A stretch of 37,878 nt of DNA from contig NW_021835887.1 of the NCBI RefSeq assembly GCF_006345805.1, positions 1-37,878 on the forward strand, read 5' to 3'. The position numbers and the translations under genes are program-made. Source of the stretch: Octopus sinensis (Eukaryota). Of this stretch, positions 11,417 through 21,967 are shown piece by piece. Position 1 is the first letter of the stretch, and every line of letters starts with the position of its first letter. The notes beneath the pieces were generated by a model. The model made no database searches. It had not been told where the DNA came from and saw only the letters and a list, made by a program, of their open reading frames with translations.

Positions 11417-12828
11417 AGAAAAAGGAAAGGCCCAAGGAAGGGAAGACGGGGGAAGAAAATCGCCAACGATTCACACGCGGTCACATAGTGAAGTTCTTTC
11501 AAAGACAGGAGAGTGCAAGAGAAGAGACAGACAGAAACAGAGAGATAGATAGACAGAAAACTACCTCGGGTGTTGTCAGCTAAATTCTGAATCACAGGTT
11601 CAGCGATCAGCAGCCGAGGTCGCCTAGCTGTAAGTAAACGTCAGTCCACATGCTTGAATAGTATCACAAGTGATATAGGTAAGAGCAATATAAAATCCAC
11701 AACTGGTCTGCTACTTCATAATGCCGGCTCAAATTCCAACTACGGATCTATGAAATTAATGAGACACACCCCTATTCATTCTCCACTTTGGCGGTGGCGG
11801 GTCGATACTCGTTTCACATTCAAACGCTGCCAGTTTTTATCCCGAGAGCGAACCGTATTTGGCATGGGTCTTCTATTGTGAGTTTTAAAATCATAGAAGT
11901 TTGGTTAGCCATAAATTCTGGGTATCAAATGAAATCTCTTCATATGAATACCACTTGAGGTTTGAACTCTTACCTTTGTCAGAGACAATGCCACATTAAT
12001 TCTACTGGATAATCATGTAAAAGGTACACTCGCGTATGGGGTACTTCCTCGCGTTTCTGAACAATACCCACAGACATTTAAATAGAAAGGAGGTGGCCTG
12101 TAATTAGAAAAATCCAGCCTTATCACACAAGGTGTTGCCATGATTCTGTTTAAGGTGTACATTAAGAGTACCTCTGAATGCGAAGAATTAATCTATTCCT
12201 TGCATTATAACTAAACGGGTATGCTTGTATATGTGTGTATATACATGTCTGCATGTGTGAGGAATATGGGTGTGTATATCTCTTAGTATGTATAAAGCAT
12301 ATGCATATGTATGGCTATAAATAAACACACACACACACATATACACACACACACGTATGTATCTGGTTATGTATGTGCATGTTATTATGTATATGTACTT
12401 TTTCATGTCCATCTGCGAGTATACATGAAAGTGTGCGTGCGTGCGCGCGTGTGTGTGTGTGTGTTTGATTGTCGTTTTGTGGGTTACAGAGCGCCGGACT
12501 ACATGTATTACATTGTTCAGTTTCATCCCTCTAGTTTCTGAGATCAAATCCCGCAGAGGTCAACTTTGGCTATCATCCCACGGGCTCCATAACCTGTGTT
12601 GGGCACAGCTACAGAGCCTATCAACAATAGTCGTAACGTAAATTAGTAAAAACACTCTGTCAAGACAAAATGGTGAGCAGGCACGGAGCTGCCCCAGCAT
12701 GGCCGCAGCTTTCTAGCTGAAACTAGTAAAAAGAGAAAAGGAAGCACGTGTGTGAATGTATAGGTGTGAGTTTATAAATGTATGTCTGAACATAAATGCG
12801 TGAGATTGTGTATGTATATATGTATGTG

Positions 12829-13045
12829 GGGGTTTGTGGCTTAGTGGTTAGGGAGTTGGACTCATGATCGTAAAGTTGTGTGTTCGATTCTTTGACCAGG
12901 CAAACCACTTCATTCCACTTTACCCCAGTCCATTCAGCAGGCAAAAGTGAGTCACCGCGAGACTGGTTGGCGTCGTCCTATCTAGGACGTAAGTATTTAG
13001 CCACAGAATCAGGGAAACCGGCTCTATGACTCGGGTAGGACCTTT
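12829..13045 (+). mobile_element. tRNA-derived SINE family C copy (diverged)
   Basis: GTGGCTTAGTGGTTAGG A box, GTTCGATTC B box; body TGGCGTCGTCC...GGGAAACCGGCTCTATGA similar to 31560-31812. Confidence 0.75.
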
Positions 13046-13081
13046 GGATAAGAATTTATATATATGAATATATGTATATGT

Positions 13082-13357
13082 GAAGGCGCGTGGTTAGAGT
13101 GTTGAATTCACGAATTAACGATCGACGGTTCGATTCCAGAACAGAGCAGCGTGTTGTTTTTCTTGAGCAGAACACTTTCTTTTACGTTGTTCCATTCCCT
13201 TCAGCTTCCTATGATCAAACCTACAACGGAGCAGCCTTCAAATCGGAGGCAACGTTGGCCTACACAACAGTATCGCATCATTCTAAACCTAAAACGATGC
13301 AAAGCGCATTGTGATCAGCGATATATAACAACACATGATAGTCTTGCGCTCACATGA
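13082..13357 (+). mobile_element. tRNA-derived SINE related to family C, different 3' part
   Basis: GTGGTTAGAGTGTTG...GGTTCGATTCC...GTTGTTTTTCTTGAGCAGAACACTT matches the family C head at 31560; 3' boundary approximate. Confidence 0.65.
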
Positions 13358-13380
13358 TGTATACATATATATATATATAT

Positions 13381-13523
13381 GCGCAGGTGTAGCTGTGTGG
13401 TAAGAAGCTTGCTTCCCAACCACATGGTTTCTGGTTCAGTCCCGCTGCGTGACAGCTATTTTGGCCTCGGGCCGACCAAAGCCTTGTGTTTGGATTTGGT
13501 AGACGGAAACCGAAAGAACCTCG

Positions 13524-13574
<51 letters not shown>

Positions 13575-13710
13575 ACGCACACACACACATGTGCGTGTAT
13601 GTGTGTATTTGTGTGTGTGTGTCTGTGTCTGTGTTTGTCCCCCACTATTGCTTGACAACCGGTGATGGTGTGTTTATGGCCCCGTAAATTAGCAATTCCG
13701 TCAAAGAGTC
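13381..13710 (+). mobile_element. SINE family A copy, 3'-truncated
   Basis: GCGCAGGTGTAGCTGTGTGGTAAG head, internal (TA)n(GT)n, similarity to 10069 stops abruptly at 13710. Confidence 0.85.
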
Positions 13711-14075
13711 TGTTGTGATGTGGGTGTTTTCCACAGTTGTAATGTGTGGTCGCTGTTATGACTGTAGGTGTCGTATTTACTCTAGAAGCCATGATATTTT
13801 CTTGGTATTGGATACAGTGTATCTCTTCTATACCAGAATGGTAACACACCACTTCGGCTGTCGTGCTATCGCTGATAGCTCTGCAAGACACCGACTTTGA
13901 ACCGTCTATCTTGACTGTCACTCGAACTCGACTATAACACGTAAATGACACTTAACCCCAACCGAGAACTCGTACAACGACTCTACAACGACTGACACAC
14001 CACTCTCTGCACTGGGTGATCTCGTCTCACTCTGTAGTGGCTGTCCTGTGGAAGGGGTGTATCATTTCCACTACA
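13711..14075. mobile_element. Probable solo LTR
   Basis: 365-bp complex segment bounded by TGTTGTG ... CACTACA (TG..CA with short inverted termini), starting exactly where the SINE A copy is cut; no TSD seen. Confidence 0.5.
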
Positions 14076-14077
14076 AT

Positions 14078-14111
<34 letters not shown>

Positions 14112-14859
14112 TAGACTCTTCATTAACGTTAATTATTGATGTTAATGAAAATCATTTGAGACTAATATTTATACGTTCATTAACGTTGAAGTCTTTCTTT
14201 GTCAATTAGTTTATTATGCCAGTTCATTCTGAAGAATTATTTTCGCATCACCACTTTACGTTTCACGACCAACTATCTCGTGTGTGTGTGTGTGTGTGGT
14301 GTGTGATGCAGCTGTGCCTGCCTGCCTGTCTGCGTGTACACAGTGTCATTTTATATTGCAAAACTACAAACAAAAATTTTTTTAGAAATCAATACTCAGA
14401 CCAAATCCTTAATATATCGTTTATAGTTCTGATAAGCATTTCGGTAATTCAAGAATTCGTGTCCTTGGGAAAAACTTGAGGCAGAAGTCTCCAAACTGTA
14501 TGTCGTTTCTCTTTACAATGTCAACAATTTGTAGGGGCATCGCGTAATTAAGTCGGTTCGGAAGAATTTTAAACGACTGTTTCAGCTGTGGAATATATTT
14601 AAAACTCTGACGATTCTCTTGCACATAAGTAGACATGCGATTTGTGACACGTGAAATGAAGTTTAATTGCCATGAGAATTGAATAAATGTGTCAGGAAAG
14701 CGTTTTGGTTTTCAAAAGTGTGATGCGAATGTGAAAAGTCTGAAAGTCTCTGCGTCAATGATTGCTCCAAGAGAATCCTTTGGGTAATCAAAAGACAAGA
14801 ATTTAAGAGCGTAATTGCGACAATTTTCTCACTCGATGTATTCTTGATTTATATTTACA

Positions 14860-15520
<661 letters not shown>

Positions 15521-15660
15521 GTATAAAATAATGGTTTCGTTTTACTCTTTTTTTTCTATTTGAATTGGCGCGAAAGAGAAAAAAAAAACACGACCTTCTT
15601 ACAACAACAGAGTAAAAGCAGATTTCAAATCTTTTCACAAAGTATGCAAAACAATCGTTA

Positions 15661-15715
<55 letters not shown>

Positions 15716-15718
<3 letters not shown>

Positions 15719-15929
15719 TCAAATATTGTGGCACAGGAGCCACCAGTTTTCGAGGGGATGGGAAATCGATTATAACGACTTCAGTACACGACTGGTACTT
15801 ATTATATTGACCCCAAAGGATGAAAGGCAAAGTCGACCTCGACGAGTTTCATCTCAGTACGTGACGACGGACCAAGTGCCGCTAAGCCTTTTGTCCGTCG
15901 TGGTCACGATTCTGCAAGTTGGTCGCCTT
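15716..15929 (-). mobile_element. SINE family B copy
   Basis: GGATGAAAGGCAAAGTCGACCTCG core; (AAT)n at 15664-15714 at its tail end. Confidence 0.9.
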
Positions 15930-15974
15930 CTAAAATAATAATAATAATTATTATTATTATTATTATTATTATTA

Positions 15975-16183
15975 TAATCCTTTCTTTTGGAGGCACAAGG
16001 CCTCGAATTTGTGTGGAGGGGAATAGTCGATTACATCGACTCCAGTGTTTAACTGGTACTTGCTTTATCGACTCTGAAGAACAAGTCGACCTCGGCGGGA
16101 TTTGAATCCAGAACGTAACGACGGACGAAATGTCGCTAAGCATTTTGCCCGGCGTGTTACCGATTCTGCCAGCTCGCCACCTT
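15975..16183 (-). mobile_element. SINE family B copy
   Basis: GGCACAAGGCC...AAGTCGACCTCGGCGGGATTTGAA...CTGCCAGCTCGCCACCTT; flanked by (AAT)n/(ATT)n. Confidence 0.9.
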
Positions 16184-16184
16184 A

Positions 16185-16244
<60 letters not shown>

Positions 16245-16919
16245 GTAATAACAATAGTAGTAGTAGTAGTAATAATAATAATATGTAGTAATAATAATAA
16301 CAGGAAGAGGAAGAAGAAAACTTCTGAAGGAACAGTCCTTACTGTATAAATTTTTTTTTTTATTATTTCCTGTCCAAGGTAGGTAATGATATATCATCCA
16401 AATTATCAACAGTACCCCATGATCACTAGGGGGCGCAAAAATATTATCTTCAGTTTAACATATATCTTTTTTATATTCTTTTCGAATTTCATGTTTCAGT
16501 TTGGGGTTTTTTCTTTTGAAAATTTTTCAAAACTTTTTTTTTCATTCAGTTGGTTTCACATTCGCTTTCGTTTTCGCGTTTCATTGTTGTTGTTGTTGTT
16601 GTTGTTGTGTTGTTATCGACGTTTTGGTGTTGTTGTACTGTTTGTTTTCCTCCTCCATTTTTTCTTTTTTTTATCAATTTTTCATGCATTTTGGGTTTGT
16701 TGAATATTGTTTTTTATTCATTTATTTGTGTACTCTGCTGATTTTGTTGTTGGTTTTTTTTTATATTTCCGTCAAAAAATATGTCTTTTGAATTATTAGA
16801 TCGTTGTATTTCTATCGTTTCTTCTTTTCATTTTGTTTCTTTTTTCGATTTGTTTTTTGCAGTGATATTTTTTCTTTTTTGGACATTGGTGTGGTTTTGC
16901 AATGATTCTCTGTCTACGA

Positions 16920-16958
16920 ACATATGTATACATGTATATATATATACATATACATATC

Positions 16959-17016
<58 letters not shown>

Positions 17017-17160
17017 CATATATGTATATATATGTATATATATATATGTATGTATATATATATATATAATATATAATATATCTATATATATATTTACATA
17101 TGTAAATATGAATAATGAATATGTATATATATATACATACCTATATGCATATATATTATA

Positions 17161-17200
<40 letters not shown>

Positions 17201-17220
17201 TATATAAGTATGTATATACA
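16920..17220. repeat. (TA)n microsatellite region
   Basis: Direct reading. Confidence 0.9.
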
Positions 17221-17358
17221 CAAGCAAGTATGTAAATTCAAAACATGGTGTTGCTCGTATACCAAAGGTTGAGCGGTATGCCTTTTTATCGAAACCGAGA
17301 AAATCTCCCCAATCTGTCACTCAGAGTTTTACGGTACAATTCTTCGAACACTGGTGAT

Positions 17359-17407
17359 CACAATTGTCTGACGAACGGCAACGTGAAACCATTAGTAACA
17401 GTTTGTG
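17359..17407 (+). ncRNA. Type I hammerhead ribozyme
   Basis: CACAATTGT CTGACGA ACG-GCAA-CGT GAAAC CATTA GTA ACAGTTTGTG; complete core, 3-bp stem II with GNRA loop, 2-bp stem III, 6+3-bp stem I. Confidence 0.8.
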
Positions 17408-17451
17408 AAGATATTTTCAGCTTTAATTAAACGTAAATATATATATATACA

Positions 17452-17490
<39 letters not shown>

Positions 17491-17644
17491 TGTTCTATTT
17501 GTATCTTTAATAGTATCTCTGTATGAGGATGCATGTAGAAAAAAATTACCTTTCTGCCTACTTGTTTTTTGATAAATTTAGTTTACGTTTTCTTAAAGTT
17601 ATTTTAATATTTTATCATGTTTCATTTCTTTGAAAACTTCAGGA

Positions 17645-17705
17645 TTGTGTGTACATGTGCGGAGTGCATGTGTCTGAGTGTCTGAGTGTGGTGTGTGTGT
17701 GTTGT

Positions 17706-17737
<32 letters not shown>

Positions 17738-17866
17738 GTGTGTGTATCTGTGTTTTTGTGAGCGCATGCGTGCATGTGTGAAGAATTTTGTATGAATCTA
17801 TGTATATTTCAGTGTAAATGTATCATATACATACGTATAAACAAACGCATATACATATATATATAT

Positions 17867-17908
<42 letters not shown>

Positions 17909-18631
17909 CATATATATGTATCTATATATATATAATATATATTATATATATAATATATATATATATAATATCATATATATATATACATATATATGTGTAT
18001 ATATATATATGAGTGTTTATTGTGAACTTTTTGATTGTACAAATTTATGTATGTCTGTATATCATTATATGTGAGCGAATGTGTATATATACATGCACAA
18101 ATTTATGCATGCAGAGTCGAAGGCGTAAATATGATTGTCTATACACATAATATATATATACAATATGTATATTTTTTACCTTTTTCACCTATGTATAGAA
18201 CGCCCTTGTGTTCATAGATATGTGCTTGGTTAAGATGTATGTCCGCACGCCTCGTGCTTTCCTCTGAGAATGTACGTATGTTGTATGCGTGTAGGCTTTG
18301 CAATATATATATATAATGTATATATGTATACGCATGTCGGCATATATGTATACATGTATGCGTACATGTGCTTGCCTATGTATGTGAAATGTACGCATAC
18401 ACATATATATGTATATCTATATATGTATTTTTGAATGTATAAATATATGCATATGTATATGTACACACATATATGCATATATATATATATACATATACAT
18501 ATATCCTTATATATATATATGCATACATATAAGTACATAGATGTACACATACATACATATATATCACACATATATACGTATATGTATATGAGTGAGTATG
18601 TGTTTGTATATATATATTATAAATATACATA

Positions 18632-18676
<45 letters not shown>

Positions 18677-18760
18677 TGTATATATATATATATAAATATA
18701 TATAATATAGTTGTTATATATATTATAGTTGTATATATGTATATATATATACATACACAA
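17645..18760. repeat. Compound (GT)n/(TA)n/(TACA)n low-complexity region
   Basis: Direct reading. Confidence 0.85.
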
Positions 18761-18861
18761 AGCTATTACATTCTACGACTGATGATGATGTCCACAAACA
18801 ATGGTGAGTGTGATAAACTTTTGTCTTTCACGTTCTTTATTCCATCCTAAGACGTTTCACA

Positions 18862-18960
18862 TTGCTGCTGCTCCTTCTGTTACTGCTTCACCTGTAGTCG
18901 ATGCTGCTGCTGCTGCTGCCCCTGCTTCTCATTCTGCTGCTGCTGCCGGTGCTGCTGCGG
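18862..18960. repeat. Degenerate (GCT)n/(CAG)n tract, probably within the Maf 3' UTR
   Basis: Several GCT runs about 350-450 bp downstream of the Maf stop; UTR extent is inference. Confidence 0.6.
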
Positions 18961-19112
18961 CTCCCCGTGCATTCCATGTCTTTGAAAATGAGATGCTTTC
19001 TGCATTAATCATCATTTATGATTGCAATAACAATGATAATAATTTCTTTATTAGTTCACGATTTGTCTTTGTTGCTGTTGTTGTTGTATCTTTTTTGTAT
19101 TGTTTTTTTTTT

Positions 19113-19127
19113 ATTTTTGCTGACTCA
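19113..19127 (+). promoter_or_regulatory. MARE-like site (AT-rich flank + TGCTGACTCA)
   Basis: ATTTTTGCTGACTCA: first 10 nt of the T-MARE TGCTGACTCAGCA with a 5' AT-rich extension. Confidence 0.35.
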
Positions 19128-19304
19128 ATTGTTTCAGAAATATTATTATTATTATTATCCATAACATTATTCATCATTATTTAATTTTTTTTCTTTTTCA
19201 TATATAATTGCTGTCAATTACTCTCTGTCTTTTCTCCTCAATAATTCCTTCATATATATAATATAATATATTTATTTATTTATTAATTTGTTTTATTTAT
19301 TTAT

Positions 19305-20102
19305 CTATTCAGTTAGTGGACTTGGTGAACTGGATAACGAACTATCTCGTTTCCTTTGTAGCCGCTCATAGCAGTCTTTATAATAGTCTCTCTCACGTGT
19401 AACCAGTCCAATTTGGCGTTGTATCACCGACAACTGTTGCTGCAAAGATTTGTTCGTCCGCTCCAACTCGTTTCGCTGTTGCATGCGCTTTGAACGACAG
19501 TTTTGGGCGTAACCCCTATTTTTCAGCGTTCTACGTTTCTGTTTCAAACGGCTCACTTCGTCCTTCGGAAACCCGTGTAGCCGCTTGTTGAGGTCACGTA
19601 CCGGCAGCGATACCAGTTCGTCATCATTGAGCTCACATTTGGCGAGATCGGGCGACGATCGCGCTTTGAAGCTCCTTTTTATACACACTGATGATGATGA
19701 TGCGGACGTTGATGATGATATGGACGAAGTGCTGTTTTTCCTTGACTGGCTTCTACTGCTTCCCATATTCGGATTCGGTGAGGAGTTGCTTAGAAACAAA
19801 TCTAACACTCCGTTCTGAGATATGTCATGATTGCTGTGTGTGTTTGTGAACCAGTAGATTTCCTCCATGAAGTTTTTCACGGGTGGCTGCAAGCTGGTCA
19901 CGTCCGGAGACGCGGATGACATGCTCGACTCTCCATCATCGGGACTGGTCGGTGCCGATTGGGAGCACTCCGATATATTACTACAGCATGTACTTGAGAA
20001 ACGATCCTTGTCGGATTCCATTTTAATTACTGGTACCATCTCCAGTTGTTCCAGATCAAAATCTGTGATATATTCATCTGTCAGATGCTGTGTCGACTCC
20101 AT
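19305..20102 (-). CDS. maf: Large Maf family bZIP transcription factor (c-Maf/MafA/MafB/NRL/traffic jam group), 265 aa, no intron in CDS
   Basis: Extended homology region + basic region [49 protein letters not shown] followed by a zipper ending RERDYYK..ERL; large-Maf N-terminal motifs EYITDFDL (cf. EYVNDFDL) and MEEIYWF (cf. LEDLYWM). First ATG at 20102; the ORF track's 20117 start is a TTG. Confidence 0.97.
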   Translation of the reverse strand: MESTQHLTDEYITDFDLEQLEMVPVIKMESDKDRFSSTCCSNISECSQSAPTSPDDGESSMSSASPDVTSLQPPVKNFMEEIYWFTNTHSNHDISQNGVLDLFLSNSSPNPNMGSSRSQSRKNSTSSISSSTSASSSSVCIKRSFKARSSPDLAKCELNDDELVSLPVRDLNKRLHGFPKDEVSRLKQKRRTLKNRGYAQNCRSKRMQQRNELERTNKSLQQQLSVIQRQIGLVTRERDYYKDCYERLQRKRDSSLSSSPSPLTE

Positions 20103-20146
20103 TGAGTAAAGTAACAAGATTCACACCTTCCTCTTCTTCTTTGGAT

Positions 20147-20196
20147 CTGGGTCACCGTCAGACAATGCCGGAAAAGAAAGAAAAAAAAGAGAAAAT
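20147..20196 (-). promoter_or_regulatory. Candidate 3' splice acceptor of a Maf 5'-leader intron
   Basis: Minus strand: ~25-nt pyrimidine tract TTTTCTCTTTTTTTTCTTTCTTTTCC, first downstream AG is CCCAG|ATCC at 20148-20147, 44 nt before the ATG. Confidence 0.55.
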
Positions 20197-20211
20197 ATAT
20201 AAATACATATA

Positions 20212-20464
20212 TAGATATAATATAATATAATATAATATAATATAATATAATATAATATAATATAATATAGTATAGTACAGTATGATGTAATATATATTAT
20301 ATTGACCCCAAAATTAAAATTACCCTTAACAAAATTAGATTCCCAATTAGATATAATATAATATAATATAATATAATATAATTATAGTATAGTACAGTAT
20401 GATGTAATATATATTATATTGACCCCTAAATTAAAATTACCCTTAACAAAATTAGATTCCCAAT
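20212..20464. repeat. Recent tandem duplication (20212-20347 / 20348-20464) containing (TATAA)n
   Basis: ~82-bp unique part TATAGTATAGTACAG...TTAGATTCCCAAT present twice with one substitution; pentamer repeat number differs. Confidence 0.93.
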
Positions 20465-20497
20465 GAAGAACAATCACGCATTTTCAATATAAGACAT

Positions 20498-20545
20498 GGA
20501 CAGAAAGACAGACACACAAACAGACAGATAGAAAGATAGACAGAC

Positions 20546-20602
<57 letters not shown>

Positions 20603-20621
20603 TAGATAGATAGATAGATAG
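20498..20621. repeat. (GACA)n/(GATA)n microsatellite
   Basis: Direct reading. Confidence 0.95.
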
Positions 20622-21322
20622 TGGCAGAGTTTGGTTTAGAACCAAGGGTCGGATGAAATACTTTTATTTTTCATAAAATGAACTCAAATCGTCTTTTACA
20701 AAATAGTTTCCGTGAGTTTACTGTGTTTGCTAAGGTTACAATGCTTTTTAAAAGTTTGAAATTAAGATACAGTTCTTGACCCTACACGTAAACTAATCCG
20801 TTACTGATCGGTTTTATACCAAATATTGCTGCCTGTGCTGGTCCCATTGAGACTCAGTGGTTTGAAGCCAGTGATCATCGGGATAAGATACTTCTAACAA
20901 ACTTTGAATTGCATTGCAATAATAGTTTCTTTTTTGTTTGTTTTTTTCTAATTGAGAGATTCGAATTTTGGTTGAGGAAATGTATCACAGGATTTCATAA
21001 AATGGTTAACTTGCTGTACAAGATTTGTTTAATAAACTCAAACGCTCTCCTATTGTTAAATCCTTCAAGATCTTAACACTTTCAGATTACTTTTACCTTG
21101 ACATAATGGAGTCATAGAATAGGCAGAACTGCCGAGTTTCTCGTAAGTTACATGACGGACTTTCTACCAGATATTTAATTTCTTGAATGTGTAATCGACA
21201 TTGGATTGCAGTCGTAAAAAAATGACTTCCAGTAAAAGAAAAGGGTGAAAACGTATGAAATATTTCTGTTCCAAAATGTTCAGAAGGAAACTCGTATCAG
21301 TTATATTCATGATATAAAGCTA

Positions 21323-21535
21323 AGGCGGCGAACTGGCAGAAATGTTAGCACGCCGGACGAAATGCTTAGCGGTGTTTCGTCTGTCTTTACGTTCTGAGTT
21401 CAAATTCCGCTGAGGTCGACTTTACCTTTCATCCTTTCGGCGTCGATAAATTAAGTACCAGTTGCGTACTGGGGTCGATCTAATCGACTGCCCCCATCCC
21501 CAAAAATTTCGGGCCTTGTGCCTACAGTAGAAACG
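21323..21535 (+). mobile_element. SINE family B, full length, with 12-bp TSD
   Basis: Head AGGCGGCGAACTGGCAGAAATGTTAG, B box GAGTTCAAATTCC, core GTCGACTTTACCTTTCATCCTTTCGG; GATATAAAGCTA at 21311-21322 and 21536-21547. Confidence 0.93.
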
Positions 21536-21967
21536 GATATAAAGCTATTGACTATTTACATTTGATTATTCCGGTCCAGATGTTCCATATAATAATGACG
21601 GGATCGAATCACTTTGTAAAATTTTAAAATAAAATGAAGGAAAAACTAGACTAATTTAGAGCACCAATGCCATAAATATAATAATGGGAATTTAATAAGC
21701 TATATGATAAGATATATGGTATGATAGAAAATAATACAATTTATATTTAATTTTATATGGCGATATTTAAATAATATTAGCTTTACATTAATATTCTATA
21801 TGTACCCACTTGTAATAAGAGAAGATTTAAGAGCGAAATTCTGTAACAGATGTATGCACAGTCCTTCTCTGAAGTTGTGTGCGAAACAGCACTTTAGCAT
21901 ATCAATAAATAGTTATAAATTAGTTATAGCTGTTTTATGAAACCCGGTTAAACATATGTTTATTTTA

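Noticed and set aside
18801-19184. 127-aa + strand ORF with poly-Ala
   Set aside because: Driven by (GCT)n and T-rich low complexity, antisense to the probable Maf 3' UTR.
19585-20109. Two + strand ORFs overlapping Maf
   Set aside because: Antisense shadows of the real CDS.
20103-20117. ORF-track start MLLYS for Maf
   Set aside because: It is a TTG; eukaryotic initiation most likely uses the ATG at 20102.
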